This document shows, piece by piece, positions 17,937 through 26,866 of a stretch of DNA of 64,000 bases; positions within the stretch are counted from its first letter, which is position 1, and each line of letters starts with the position of its first letter. The stretch is from assembly GCA_040217195.1 (NCBI GenBank), contig JAVJNR010000006.1, forward strand, positions 186,193 through 250,192, given 5' to 3'. The stretch is from Leptospiraceae bacterium. Its GTDB lineage: Bacteria; Spirochaetota; Leptospiria; Leptospirales; Leptonemataceae. The position numbers and the translations under genes are program-made. The notes below the pieces were generated by a model, which did no database searches, was not told the DNA's origin, and saw only the letters and a program-made list of their open reading frames with translations.

Positions 17937-18197
17937 GCGTTTTCAGCGCGAGGAGGAATAGTTAAACAAGCATTCGTGTTTCTCCAGTAGGCGTCTGCCG
18001 CTGGCCCGGGGATTCTGGGCCCAGTCAGGCTCAGCATTGTCTGAGGCCAGTACAGACATCCAGGAGAATTGGATTGATACCTGACCCTGTGTACACTGCA
18101 GCCGGCCGGTTTGCCGGTGCCATTCGGACGGAGTGTGCATGTGCATTCTCCCACCTGCTTCCTCAGAAATAGGTGAATAGAGGCAAAGGAGTGCAGG

Positions 18198-19043
18198 ATG
18201 ATTATCAATCACAACATGAGTGCTATCAACGCTCACAAGGCGTTGAAGTTTAACGTTTGGGAAACGGATAAGTCTATGGAGAAGTTAAGCTCCGGCATGC
18301 GTATTAACACAGCCGGTGATGACCCATCCGGACTTGCTGTTTCTGAAAAGATGCGGACACAGATCCAGGGCCTTCGCCAGGCGGAACGTAATACCGAAGA
18401 CGGTATGAGTTTCATACAGACCACGGAGGGGTATCTGGCTCAGACCTCGGATATTATCCAGCGGATTCGCGTTCTTGCTGTTCAATCAGCGAACGGAATC
18501 TATTCAGCTCAAGATAGAGAGCTGATTCAGGTGGAGATATCCCAGCTAGTCGACGAGGTGGATCGGATCGCATCTCAGGCCGAGTTTAATAGGTTCGACC
18601 TGCTTCTGGGGCGCTTTGCGCCGGGCTCCGTTCGCGGATCCATGTGGTTCCAGATGGGACCCAACCAGGGACAGAGAGAACAGGCTTTCATCAGAACGAT
18701 GACGGCTCAAGCGCTTGGACTGAGAGAAGCGGACAACCAGATCGTCACGGTTTCGACGCCGGGAGGCGCCAATGAAACCATTGGTCGGGCAGATGCTGCG
18801 CTTGAGGTGCTGATGAAACAGAGAGCCGATCTCGGTGCTTATTACAACCGACTGGAGCACACGGCCAAGGGGCTGATGAACGCATACGAGAATGTGCAGG
18901 CTTCGGAAAGCCGTATCCGTGATGTGGATATGGCGGAGGAGATGGTGAGTTTGACCACGAATCAGATTCTCACTCAATCCTCCATTGCGATGCTTTCGCA
19001 TGCTGGTGTAAGACCAGAAGGGATCTTGAATTTGCTGCGTTAG
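18198..19043 (+). CDS. flaB: Second FlaB flagellin paralogue
   Basis: [45 protein letters not shown]; 281 aa. Confidence 0.97.
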   Translation: MIINHNMSAINAHKALKFNVWETDKSMEKLSSGMRINTAGDDPSGLAVSEKMRTQIQGLRQAERNTEDGMSFIQTTEGYLAQTSDIIQRIRVLAVQSANGIYSAQDRELIQVEISQLVDEVDRIASQAEFNRFDLLLGRFAPGSVRGSMWFQMGPNQGQREQAFIRTMTAQALGLREADNQIVTVSTPGGANETIGRADAALEVLMKQRADLGAYYNRLEHTAKGLMNAYENVQASESRIRDVDMAEEMVSLTTNQILTQSSIAMLSHAGVRPEGILNLLR

Positions 19044-19176
19044 ACGCGGTTGGGAATCCCATCTCCGGATTTCAGGTAAAGAATTCGGAGCCAGAAACAG
19101 CCGGAGAATTCCGGGGTTTCAAAAGCGTCAAAGGAGCAATTCCACCGGCGCATACACAAACTCAAATGTTCCCATC

Positions 19177-19204
19177 GGCCCGGGCTTTGCCCGGGTCTTT
19201 TTTT
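19177..19204 (+). terminator. Rho-independent terminator after the flaB pair
   Basis: ggcccgggc-ttt-gcccgggtc followed by T7. Confidence 0.8.
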
Positions 19205-19416
19205 CGCCGATGGAATTGCTCTCTAACTGATCGGTGATTTTACTCGATTACGTTAGTGAAATGGGAGTTGAAGAGGGAAAAAGATCGAGTGTCATCGGCT
19301 CATGAGGACGAAGGTCTCCGGGGGCAGGGTAAGCATCTGGAAAGAAAATCAAGAGCCTTCAAATATGTCAAATGTCCAGGAAGCTATAGGAGGCACTCGA
19401 GTCATGTTCCCGCGTG

Positions 19417-20088
19417 TCAGAAGGTTTTCTCAATCCATTTCCTGATAGCAAAGGCACCGGGTAGTAACAAAATATAGGACAGGGGCGTAATCACCAGAAT
19501 CATGAAATTCTCTGCCATGATTGTATCCGGATTGGCCTTTCCCTTCTTAATAGCCGAAATGAAGCCAATCTTCTGCCATGTGGACATGGCCAGTGCAATT
19601 CCCAGGTAAAGCAAAGTATCCCATCGTTCCTCTGGCTGGTTCTCCCAGCTGGCCATGAAAAATCCTCCAGCAGAACCCAGAAATAAGCCTACAAATACCA
19701 GGACTCCGAGCAAGCCCATGTCCTTCCAGGCGGAGTTTCCGCCAATGCCCGTTCCGAATAAGAAATATAGAGCGAACCCAATCATCAGGCTCCCGGTTTC
19801 TATTAGCGCTTCATCCAGAAAAAAGGCCCACAGGGAGCCGTCGCTCATTCCCTGCTTGAATACCAGAATTCCAATGCGAAACAAAGGCAGTAGCATCAGC
19901 ACCCAGTTGCGACCAAATCCAGAAAGCACCAGAGGAACGTAGATGTAGACGTTCATGGTAGCCAGAAGCCAGCCTCCGAATATGATCCAGCCTATGTATT
20001 TTGAATCCAGCTCCATGGCAGCCCAGGCCCCCAGAAAAGGCAGTATGCCAACGTAGATGGCCTCTATCCATTGAATGGTGCGGGTCAT
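19417..20088 (-). CDS. Hypothetical multi-pass membrane protein; probable start ATG 20088
   Basis: About 7 hydrophobic segments, no recognised motif. Confidence 0.6.
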   Translation of the reverse strand: MTRTIQWIEAIYVGILPFLGAWAAMELDSKYIGWIIFGGWLLATMNVYIYVPLVLSGFGRNWVLMLLPLFRIGILVFKQGMSDGSLWAFFLDEALIETGSLMIGFALYFLFGTGIGGNSAWKDMGLLGVLVFVGLFLGSAGGFFMASWENQPEERWDTLLYLGIALAMSTWQKIGFISAIKKGKANPDTIMAENFMILVITPLSYILLLPGAFAIRKWIEKTF

Positions 20089-20184
20089 GGTCACTAAGTC
20101 TGGAATATCAGGGTTAGACGGGCAAACGAAAAATCTGAACGTTAAAGAGTTGCTGATTTGAATCAATCATCGAAATCTTAAAAC

Positions 20185-20850
20185 ATGGTAATGAAATCCG
20201 GCGATGACTATAGACGGACCAACCAGACCCCGGCAGATGCTCCTGATTCCGCTACCCGGGCTAGAATGAAAGGTTTCGCTCAGAATTTTCTTGAGGAATT
20301 TTCTGAAGCCGAAACTGAGGCGGCCCTGGAATCATTTCTGGACCTATTTCATCCGCAGTTCCTGGAGAAGAATAGTCACTTTGTTCTATCTGGCGATGTT
20401 TGTACTAAACTCGGTTTTATAGAAAAAGGGGTAATTCGTGCATACCATGCGACGGAAGACGGAGGGGAATACACCAAAACCATTTTTCAGGAGGATCACT
20501 TTGTGGCTCCTCTGGCTTCCCTGACCACGGGCGAACCGAGCCCGGTAGGTTTACAGGCATTGACTGACGTGCGTATCGCGGTTGCCCGGTACTCCGATCT
20601 GGAAAGGCAAAATCGCCGATTCCATGCACTTGAACACTTTACTCGAATGGTCATCCAGTGGGAGTGGGTTCGAAAAGAGATCCGAGAAATTCGCTTGGTG
20701 ACGCTTAGCGCGGAAGAACGCTACGACCTCTTTCTTGAGGAGTTTCAGGGGTTGGAGCATCGTATTCCCTGGTATTATATAGCATCCTTTCTGGGTATCA
20801 CCCCGGTAGCTCTGAGTCGCATCCGTGGGCGAAAACGAAAAACTAATTAA
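20185..20850 (+). CDS. Crp/Fnr family transcriptional regulator
   Basis: cNMP-binding-like FIEKGVIRAY; SAEERY and IASFLGITPVALSRIR HTH. Confidence 0.9.
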   Translation: MVMKSGDDYRRTNQTPADAPDSATRARMKGFAQNFLEEFSEAETEAALESFLDLFHPQFLEKNSHFVLSGDVCTKLGFIEKGVIRAYHATEDGGEYTKTIFQEDHFVAPLASLTTGEPSPVGLQALTDVRIAVARYSDLERQNRRFHALEHFTRMVIQWEWVRKEIREIRLVTLSAEERYDLFLEEFQGLEHRIPWYYIASFLGITPVALSRIRGRKRKTN

Positions 20851-20862
20851 TTTTTGCAGATA

Positions 20863-20876
20863 TTAACCCGGGTTAA
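20863..20876. promoter_or_regulatory. Perfect palindrome TTAACCCGGGTTAA, candidate site for the adjacent Crp/Fnr regulator
   Basis: 14-bp perfect inverted repeat between the regulator and the SDR operon. Confidence 0.6.
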
Positions 20877-20951
20877 GGAAATCCCATCTGCAATGTGCCA
20901 TTCTCTTTGTTGAGAGGAGCAAGCAAATGCTCTTCTCACAAGGAGGACAAT

Positions 20952-21686
20952 ATGAAAATTAGCGGTAATACCGTCTTAATTACCGGCGGTACCTCGGGTA
21001 TTGGATTGGCCCTGGCAAATGCATTTCATTCAGCCGGAAACCAAATAATTATTACTGGTCGGGATAAAAAAAAGCTCAGGAAGGTTTTGAACAATGAGCC
21101 CCACTGGATGGGTTTTGCAGCCGATCTTTCCACAGCAGATCAAACCTCCGGACTGGTCGGGGGTGTAAAGAAAGCGGGAGAGCCGAACATTCTGGTGAAT
21201 AATGCAGGCATCCAGTGTGACATCGGATTCCTTAGAGATCCGATTGATCCTGCCCATCTGTTCGAAGAATTCAGAGTGAACCTGGAAGCGCCTTTGCGAC
21301 TGATCCAGGAGTTTCTTCCGTCGCTGCTTGCCCGACAGGAGGCCGCGATAATCAACGTCACTTCTGCTCTCGGCGAGGTGCCAAAGTCTATCTTTCCCGT
21401 ATATTCCGCATCAAAGGCTGCTCTGTCTGCATATACATGCGCGCTCAGAGTTCAGCTAAAGGACACAGCAGTTCAGGTAATGGAGCTGGTTCCTCCGCTC
21501 ACGGCCACGCCGATGAGCGCTAAGCGCAATGGAGCCAAGATGATGCCGGAAGACCTTGCGAAAGCTGCGCTGGAAGGATTGGCCGATGGTTCAGCGGTAG
21601 TTCGACCGGGAAGAGCTGGGCTACTTCATCAATTACACAGGTTTGCTCCTGGGATCGCAAGTAAGATCGTGGAGGCAGGAGCATGA
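20952..21686 (+). CDS. Short-chain dehydrogenase/reductase (DltE-like); probable start ATG 20952
   Basis: TGGTSGIG, NNAG, YSASK; RBS aggagg. Confidence 0.92.
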   Translation: MKISGNTVLITGGTSGIGLALANAFHSAGNQIIITGRDKKKLRKVLNNEPHWMGFAADLSTADQTSGLVGGVKKAGEPNILVNNAGIQCDIGFLRDPIDPAHLFEEFRVNLEAPLRLIQEFLPSLLARQEAAIINVTSALGEVPKSIFPVYSASKAALSAYTCALRVQLKDTAVQVMELVPPLTATPMSAKRNGAKMMPEDLAKAALEGLADGSAVVRPGRAGLLHQLHRFAPGIASKIVEAGA

Positions 21687-22471
21687 ATACAAGTAGCAAA
21701 AACGATTTTATGATGGCCGATGCTCGCGAGGCCCGAACCGGATTTCTGATTGTGGTTATTGTGCATCTAATGCTAATGCACATAGCATATTTCATTCTGA
21801 CGGAGACATTTCAATTTCCGGAGATTCTACGCAAGCCTCCGAATGAAATGCTGAACAAATTTGCAGCCACGGGTGAGTTGAATCGATTTGCCTACTACCT
21901 CTTCACTTTAAGCGGACTGACCTTTGCTCTGGCGTACCTGTTCATGGGACAGAGTCTCTATCGCAAAGGATATCTGGCCACCACCGGGGCATTCTTTGCT
22001 GTGCTTGCTGGTCTTATGCAAGCTCTGGGCTTTGGGCGGTGGGTCTTTCTTGTTCCCTGGATTGCGGACTTGCCAGTGGAAAAGCAACAGGAGGCTTTGC
22101 TTATTTTGGAGGCTTTTCACAGATATGCTGGCTTGTTGGTAGGAGAGAACCTGGCTTTTCTCGCACATGGAATTGGTGGCGCATTTATGTCCGTTCAGAT
22201 TCTGAAAAATAAGTCCATACCGCAGTTCTTCGGATGGGTCGGATTGCCCATTCATACGCTGATCGGTATCTACTCCCTGGAGCAATTTGGTGGCGTATTC
22301 TCCGGTCTGGGGCCATTTAACATAATGATCCAGATTCTCTGGCTTTCATGGTTATTGTTTAGCGCGATCTACATGTTTCGCGGGAGGAACAAAGTTATCA
22401 CGCTGCAACGGAGAGACTTCGGAGCAATGGCACTGGTAACACTCATTCTAATGGTATCGGCCCTTGGTTGA
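21683..22471 (+). CDS. DUF4386-like membrane protein
   Basis: FQFPEILR, QALGFGRWVFLVP and HRYAGLLVGE motifs; ATGA overlap with the SDR gene. Confidence 0.65.
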   Translation: MNTSSKNDFMMADAREARTGFLIVVIVHLMLMHIAYFILTETFQFPEILRKPPNEMLNKFAATGELNRFAYYLFTLSGLTFALAYLFMGQSLYRKGYLATTGAFFAVLAGLMQALGFGRWVFLVPWIADLPVEKQQEALLILEAFHRYAGLLVGENLAFLAHGIGGAFMSVQILKNKSIPQFFGWVGLPIHTLIGIYSLEQFGGVFSGLGPFNIMIQILWLSWLLFSAIYMFRGRNKVITLQRRDFGAMALVTLILMVSALG

Positions 22472-22511
22472 TCCTGCCACGGAGTGACGTTAGTGAAGCG
22501 AGAATACTATA

Positions 22512-23078
22512 ATGAGAAATCTGGAGAAAGATATGAAACGAAACAGTGAAAACACTATTGCGAAAAAAACGATCAGGTTCCGTGGAATTAGAAAGGTAGA
22601 TCGGTGGCTGCGCGGTGTCCTAACTATACTGCTCACCGGGGCTTTCCTGGGTTCAGGATGCAAATCTATCCATACCGAACTGGAGATGCAGGCCACTCCG
22701 GAGGCGATCTGGGCTGTACTGCTGCAAAACGATAAATACGGAGAGTGGAATCCTTACCATGTTAGAGTTGACGGCGCATTACAGACCGGAAATACGATTG
22801 AGGTCGAGATTCACAAGCCCAATGGCAATCAGATAACTCTACAACCAGAGGTGATTCGCATGATCAAGAATCGGGAATTGACCTGGGGTGGAGGTATACC
22901 GGGACTCTTTACAGGTGAGCATGTGTTTGAAATCGTTCCCACTGAGTCTGGGGTTTTATTTGTTCACAGGGAGGAGTTTCGAGGTTTTTTCGTTCTCTTC
23001 GCCGAGCTGGATACAATAGAGGAGGGGTATAAACAGATGAATCAGGCACTGAAGAAACGAGTGGAGGAGGCCCGTTAA
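22512..23078 (+). CDS. SRPBCC (polyketide cyclase-like) domain protein, possibly a lipoprotein
   Basis: IHTELEMQATPEAIWAVL...YGEWNP, RELTWGG...FTGEHVF, MNQALKKRVE. Confidence 0.85.
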   Translation: MRNLEKDMKRNSENTIAKKTIRFRGIRKVDRWLRGVLTILLTGAFLGSGCKSIHTELEMQATPEAIWAVLLQNDKYGEWNPYHVRVDGALQTGNTIEVEIHKPNGNQITLQPEVIRMIKNRELTWGGGIPGLFTGEHVFEIVPTESGVLFVHREEFRGFFVLFAELDTIEEGYKQMNQALKKRVEEAR

Positions 23079-23094
23079 GCCCACCAACTATCAT

Positions 23095-24513
23095 TTATTC
23101 TTCTATCAAGAGCGCAGATTCATCGGAGACGTAAAAGAAGTAAGGCCGTGAATACAGGTTCCATTCTCGGTACTGAATGAAGTTTCCATCAGAGGTATGA
23201 TTCAAAATCGTACCGTTCTGGATCTGATGAGAACGTTTATTCATTGTAGCGATTGCTTCTTTCACCGATCGCCTGTATACATCTGCCTTTTGATGGGCGA
23301 GCCGGCTCAATCGAGCCGGTTCTTTTTCGGCCGAGTCATCCTGTAATAATTCAGGATTGGCTTCCAGGGCTTTTAATTTTGAAAGGGCTTCTTCGTAGTC
23401 CTTTCGGGCATCACGATAAAGCGGATCTTCCAGGCATTCCTTACATAGAGGAGCCACATAAGGATCGATCAGAGTCATGCGAACCTGCAGGGTAACCGGG
23501 AACTCGGAGTCCGGTCTTCGATCCAGCTCAATGGATTGCGGGATGGCATCCCGGTCTGTGTAGTTGCGAATATGGGCTACGATTCTGGTCTTTGGTTCCG
23601 AATCTCCTTCCTCTTCCACGGTTACGGATGTGGCATTGGGAAGTATTAAGAATCGTCGAGCTTTTCGCTGTTCCGTTATTTTTTCGAATCGAAAGCTGCT
23701 AAAATTTAAGGGCGCTCGTCCCAGGATCTCTCCTTTATGATCGCGAATGAGCACTTCATGCTCCAGGATGCGGCCTTCTCTGATAGCCTGGGGAACGTTT
23801 AGACCAGCGCGGGAATAGTCAACTTCGACCAGAGCCACCGGCTTTCCCTGATCATCCGTATGGATTCTTAATCGTCCCTGATTATCCGGATCCACCGGAC
23901 CGACAATGACTCGATTCAAATCTATTATGGAAGCCTGCGGACGATCACGAAGAATAAGCTCTTCACTGGATTCTCCTTCGCCGTAGCGAAGCGAATGAGC
24001 TCGAGAAAGGTCTCTTTCTTTCACTCCGCGGGGCAACGGATCCAGATTGGCGATAAAAGGGGCAGAAAGAGGATCGGCCAGCGGACTGCTCACCGGCCTT
24101 CGGACGTTTTCCGGTTCCTTCGCCTCTGGTTCCAGATTTTCCGGTTCTGGCTGAGTTTCGGGCTCCAATTCCTGCTCGGTGAAATCCTTTTCTTTGCGAA
24201 TTACTATGGGATCTTTTTTCTCCGGTCTGATGCGCTCTTTGACCGGCTTTTCATCCGGGCGTCGAGGATCTGGCTTCAATTCTTCCACCGGTCTATCACC
24301 ATAAATAACCCGGATTACCTGACTTTTGCTTATTCGAACCGCAGGGCCTTTCTCTTTCTGGACGCGAAGCATATACGGATTTTGATCGTATACCACTCCT
24401 TCAATGATGACACCGTTTTTCAGGATTACAGTGTCTGCCAGAATGGAAGGACCGAGCAGTAGAATTGTGGCGGCCAGAAGGAGCCGCCAATGTTTGAATT
24501 TCGCAATGTTCAT
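23095..24513 (-). CDS. Secreted hypothetical protein with a Leptospira-type N-terminal domain (DTVILKNG...IEGVV.DQN), an E/P-rich linker and a C-terminal domain paralogous to the next gene
   Basis: Signal peptide; N-terminus resembles the LA_0442/LA_0875-type domain from recall; C-terminal similarity to 24526-25641 seen directly. Confidence 0.75.
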   Translation of the reverse strand: MNIAKFKHWRLLLAATILLLGPSILADTVILKNGVIIEGVVYDQNPYMLRVQKEKGPAVRISKSQVIRVIYGDRPVEELKPDPRRPDEKPVKERIRPEKKDPIVIRKEKDFTEQELEPETQPEPENLEPEAKEPENVRRPVSSPLADPLSAPFIANLDPLPRGVKERDLSRAHSLRYGEGESSEELILRDRPQASIIDLNRVIVGPVDPDNQGRLRIHTDDQGKPVALVEVDYSRAGLNVPQAIREGRILEHEVLIRDHKGEILGRAPLNFSSFRFEKITEQRKARRFLILPNATSVTVEEEGDSEPKTRIVAHIRNYTDRDAIPQSIELDRRPDSEFPVTLQVRMTLIDPYVAPLCKECLEDPLYRDARKDYEEALSKLKALEANPELLQDDSAEKEPARLSRLAHQKADVYRRSVKEAIATMNKRSHQIQNGTILNHTSDGNFIQYREWNLYSRPYFFYVSDESALLIEE

Positions 24514-24525
24514 GCGTAACGAGAA

Positions 24526-25641
24526 TTAATTGGACAGTGTATTTTCAGAATCGTTGCCATCCGCTGATTCCATAGACTCTTCACCATCGTTGGTGGCCGA
24601 ATCAATATAGTTATCATTCTTACCCTGAGTGGAGGGCATTGGACGGGAAGTTTCATTTTTGATCTGGAAATACCTGGGCACAGTTAGTAGTTTCCATTCG
24701 CGGTAATGCAGATAATCTCCGCTTCTGGCGGTATGATTTACGTAAGGATCATTGTCCTGGTTTGTTGTAGGCCTTTTGTTTAGCTTCTTTATCTCTCTTT
24801 TGATTCCTTCTTTGTAGTCTTCAACAGGCTTTTTCAGGCGAAAGACCAGAGCATCGGATTCCAGGGCCACGACCTCGGCTTCGTTTCCTTCGCCGCTTCG
24901 TTGCAGGCTCTTGTTTACCCGTTCCTCGATTTCGGACATGGTCTCCTCATTGTCCTTTTTCACTGCCTTGAAAGCCACACGCTCAACGGAAGGACAGTCG
25001 TTCTGGCCGGACTGGCATAACTCGGAGTAAAAAGGCTGAATATACACAAGTTCAAGGTAAATAGAAACAGTGGTCCCACTTTCGGGGCTGCGGCTAAGTT
25101 CAACGTACTGCGGTACACGGGCTCCGTCTTCGTAGACTTTCAGCCGAGCTCTTCGCTCCAGTGGCTGCGGCTCAGGTCGATCTGACTTATCGTATTCCAC
25201 TTCAGAACCTGAATCGGTAAAAAGCAGTTTCTGGGACTGAACGGATGAAGTAATCTCCTCTACTTCGAAAGCGATGAAGTTGATGGGAGCCCGGCCGATT
25301 TCCCGTCCCTGAGAGTCCATGATTACAATGTTGTGTTCCAGGATCTTGCCATTCTTGATCTCCTGGATTACGTTCAGGCCGGAGTTTTTGTAGTCCAGTT
25401 CCAGAAGTGCCACCGGGTTTCCTTCGCTATTCTTACGAATTTCGATGATCTGGCTGTTTTTGCTGGCTGCGCCCAGAGGTTGCATACCAATATTGTTTAA
25501 ATTGATTTCGGAACTGTAGTCCGGGTAGTCTTTGATTACCTCTGGACCTTTGGTTTGGCAGTTCAGGAGGGGAGTTCCTGCTGCAATAAGCACGAATAGT
25601 GCGAAAAACTGAGTATTTCTCATGGGGGTACCTGCTTTCAC
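24526..25641 (-). CDS. Hypothetical lipoprotein, paralogue of the downstream gene
   Basis: Spirochaetal lipobox PLLNC; shared blocks with 23095-24513. Confidence 0.75.
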   Translation of the reverse strand: MKAGTPMRNTQFFALFVLIAAGTPLLNCQTKGPEVIKDYPDYSSEINLNNIGMQPLGAASKNSQIIEIRKNSEGNPVALLELDYKNSGLNVIQEIKNGKILEHNIVIMDSQGREIGRAPINFIAFEVEEITSSVQSQKLLFTDSGSEVEYDKSDRPEPQPLERRARLKVYEDGARVPQYVELSRSPESGTTVSIYLELVYIQPFYSELCQSGQNDCPSVERVAFKAVKKDNEETMSEIEERVNKSLQRSGEGNEAEVVALESDALVFRLKKPVEDYKEGIKREIKKLNKRPTTNQDNDPYVNHTARSGDYLHYREWKLLTVPRYFQIKNETSRPMPSTQGKNDNYIDSATNDGEESMESADGNDSENTLSN

Positions 25642-25828
25642 TCGAACGGCGAGATGGGATTAAGACGAGAGGAATGGCCCTTCCCTCTGGGGGTCAAGGA
25701 AAATCGCATGGATTTTTACGGCGATTCGCCTTCCCGGAACGATTTCGCAATCATTTAGAATGCTACCGATGGATGAAATGTTTCGAGCTTTTTCCAGATT
25801 CTGTATTTGCGGAATCTGATCGTGGAAT

Positions 25829-26725
25829 TCAATTCGCTCGAAAGAATTCAATCAAATGTTTGGCCAGAATTTCTCCCTGGTCTTCCTGCAAGAAATGACC
25901 TGCATTTTCGATAGTGACGTGCTTCTGGCCTTTGCATCCTGGAATCTTTCTGCGAAAAATGGCATCTGCACCTTTCGTAATTGGATCTGAATCGCTGAAT
26001 GTGCACAGGAATGGCTTTTTCCATTTCTGAAGCACCTCCCATGCCTTCCGATTCGCCGGCACTGCCGGATCTTCCGGGTCCACCGGTACCAGAGCTGGAA
26101 AGATTCTGGCTCCTGCCTTGTAGGTCTCATCGGGATAGGGGGCTTCGTAACCTTTTAGGATTTCTGATTCCGGTTTAGTGTAGCATCCATTGCCAATGAT
26201 TCGTCCCACCGGTAGTTTCTTCACCTTTTGCGAAAAATCTCTCCATTGAAAGAAGGCTTCTCCAGGTTTATGCTCACCGGTGGGCAGGAAGGTATTTCCA
26301 GCGGCGATTCGTGAAAACCGTTCCTCCAGTTCTGCGGCCATGCGAAGCCCTAAAAGCCCGCCCCAGTCCTGGCAAAACAAATTGATTTCCTTGAGTTCCA
26401 ATCCCTGGACTAGTGTCTTCAACCAGTCCATGTGATTCTGATACGAATAATCAGACTGTTCTACCGGCTTATCCGATTTCCCGAAACCGATGAGGTCCGG
26501 CGCCACAACCCGAAATCCTGCATCAATTAGGGGAGGTATCATTTTTCGATATAGATAGGACCAGCTTGGCTCCCCATGTAGCAGAAGTACCACCGCACCA
26601 TCCGCCGGGCCTTCATCAACGTAATGCATACGCATTCCTGAAGAATCCACTTCGTAATAATTGGCCTTAAACGGATAGCCCACAAGTTCTTCAAAGCATT
26701 CATCGGGTGTGCGCAGGTATTCCAT
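25829..26725 (-). CDS. Haloalkane dehalogenase (HLD-I type alpha/beta hydrolase); probable start ATG 26725
   Basis: LRTPD..F, HGEPSWSYLYRKMI, nucleophile QDWGG, SDSDPIT, AGHFLQED. Confidence 0.9.
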   Translation of the reverse strand: MEYLRTPDECFEELVGYPFKANYYEVDSSGMRMHYVDEGPADGAVVLLLHGEPSWSYLYRKMIPPLIDAGFRVVAPDLIGFGKSDKPVEQSDYSYQNHMDWLKTLVQGLELKEINLFCQDWGGLLGLRMAAELEERFSRIAAGNTFLPTGEHKPGEAFFQWRDFSQKVKKLPVGRIIGNGCYTKPESEILKGYEAPYPDETYKAGARIFPALVPVDPEDPAVPANRKAWEVLQKWKKPFLCTFSDSDPITKGADAIFRRKIPGCKGQKHVTIENAGHFLQEDQGEILAKHLIEFFRAN

Positions 26726-26866
26726 ACCCGATAGTGGTCGCAAATCGTTGGATGGCAAGAAAAAGATGCCAGGTTATTTGAAAGGACGTAGATTTCGTTC
26801 AATCCCTGGTGCAATTGAAATCTTCATACGCATTGACAGTGAGGTGCCCTGCCATGGCCTGAGCTG

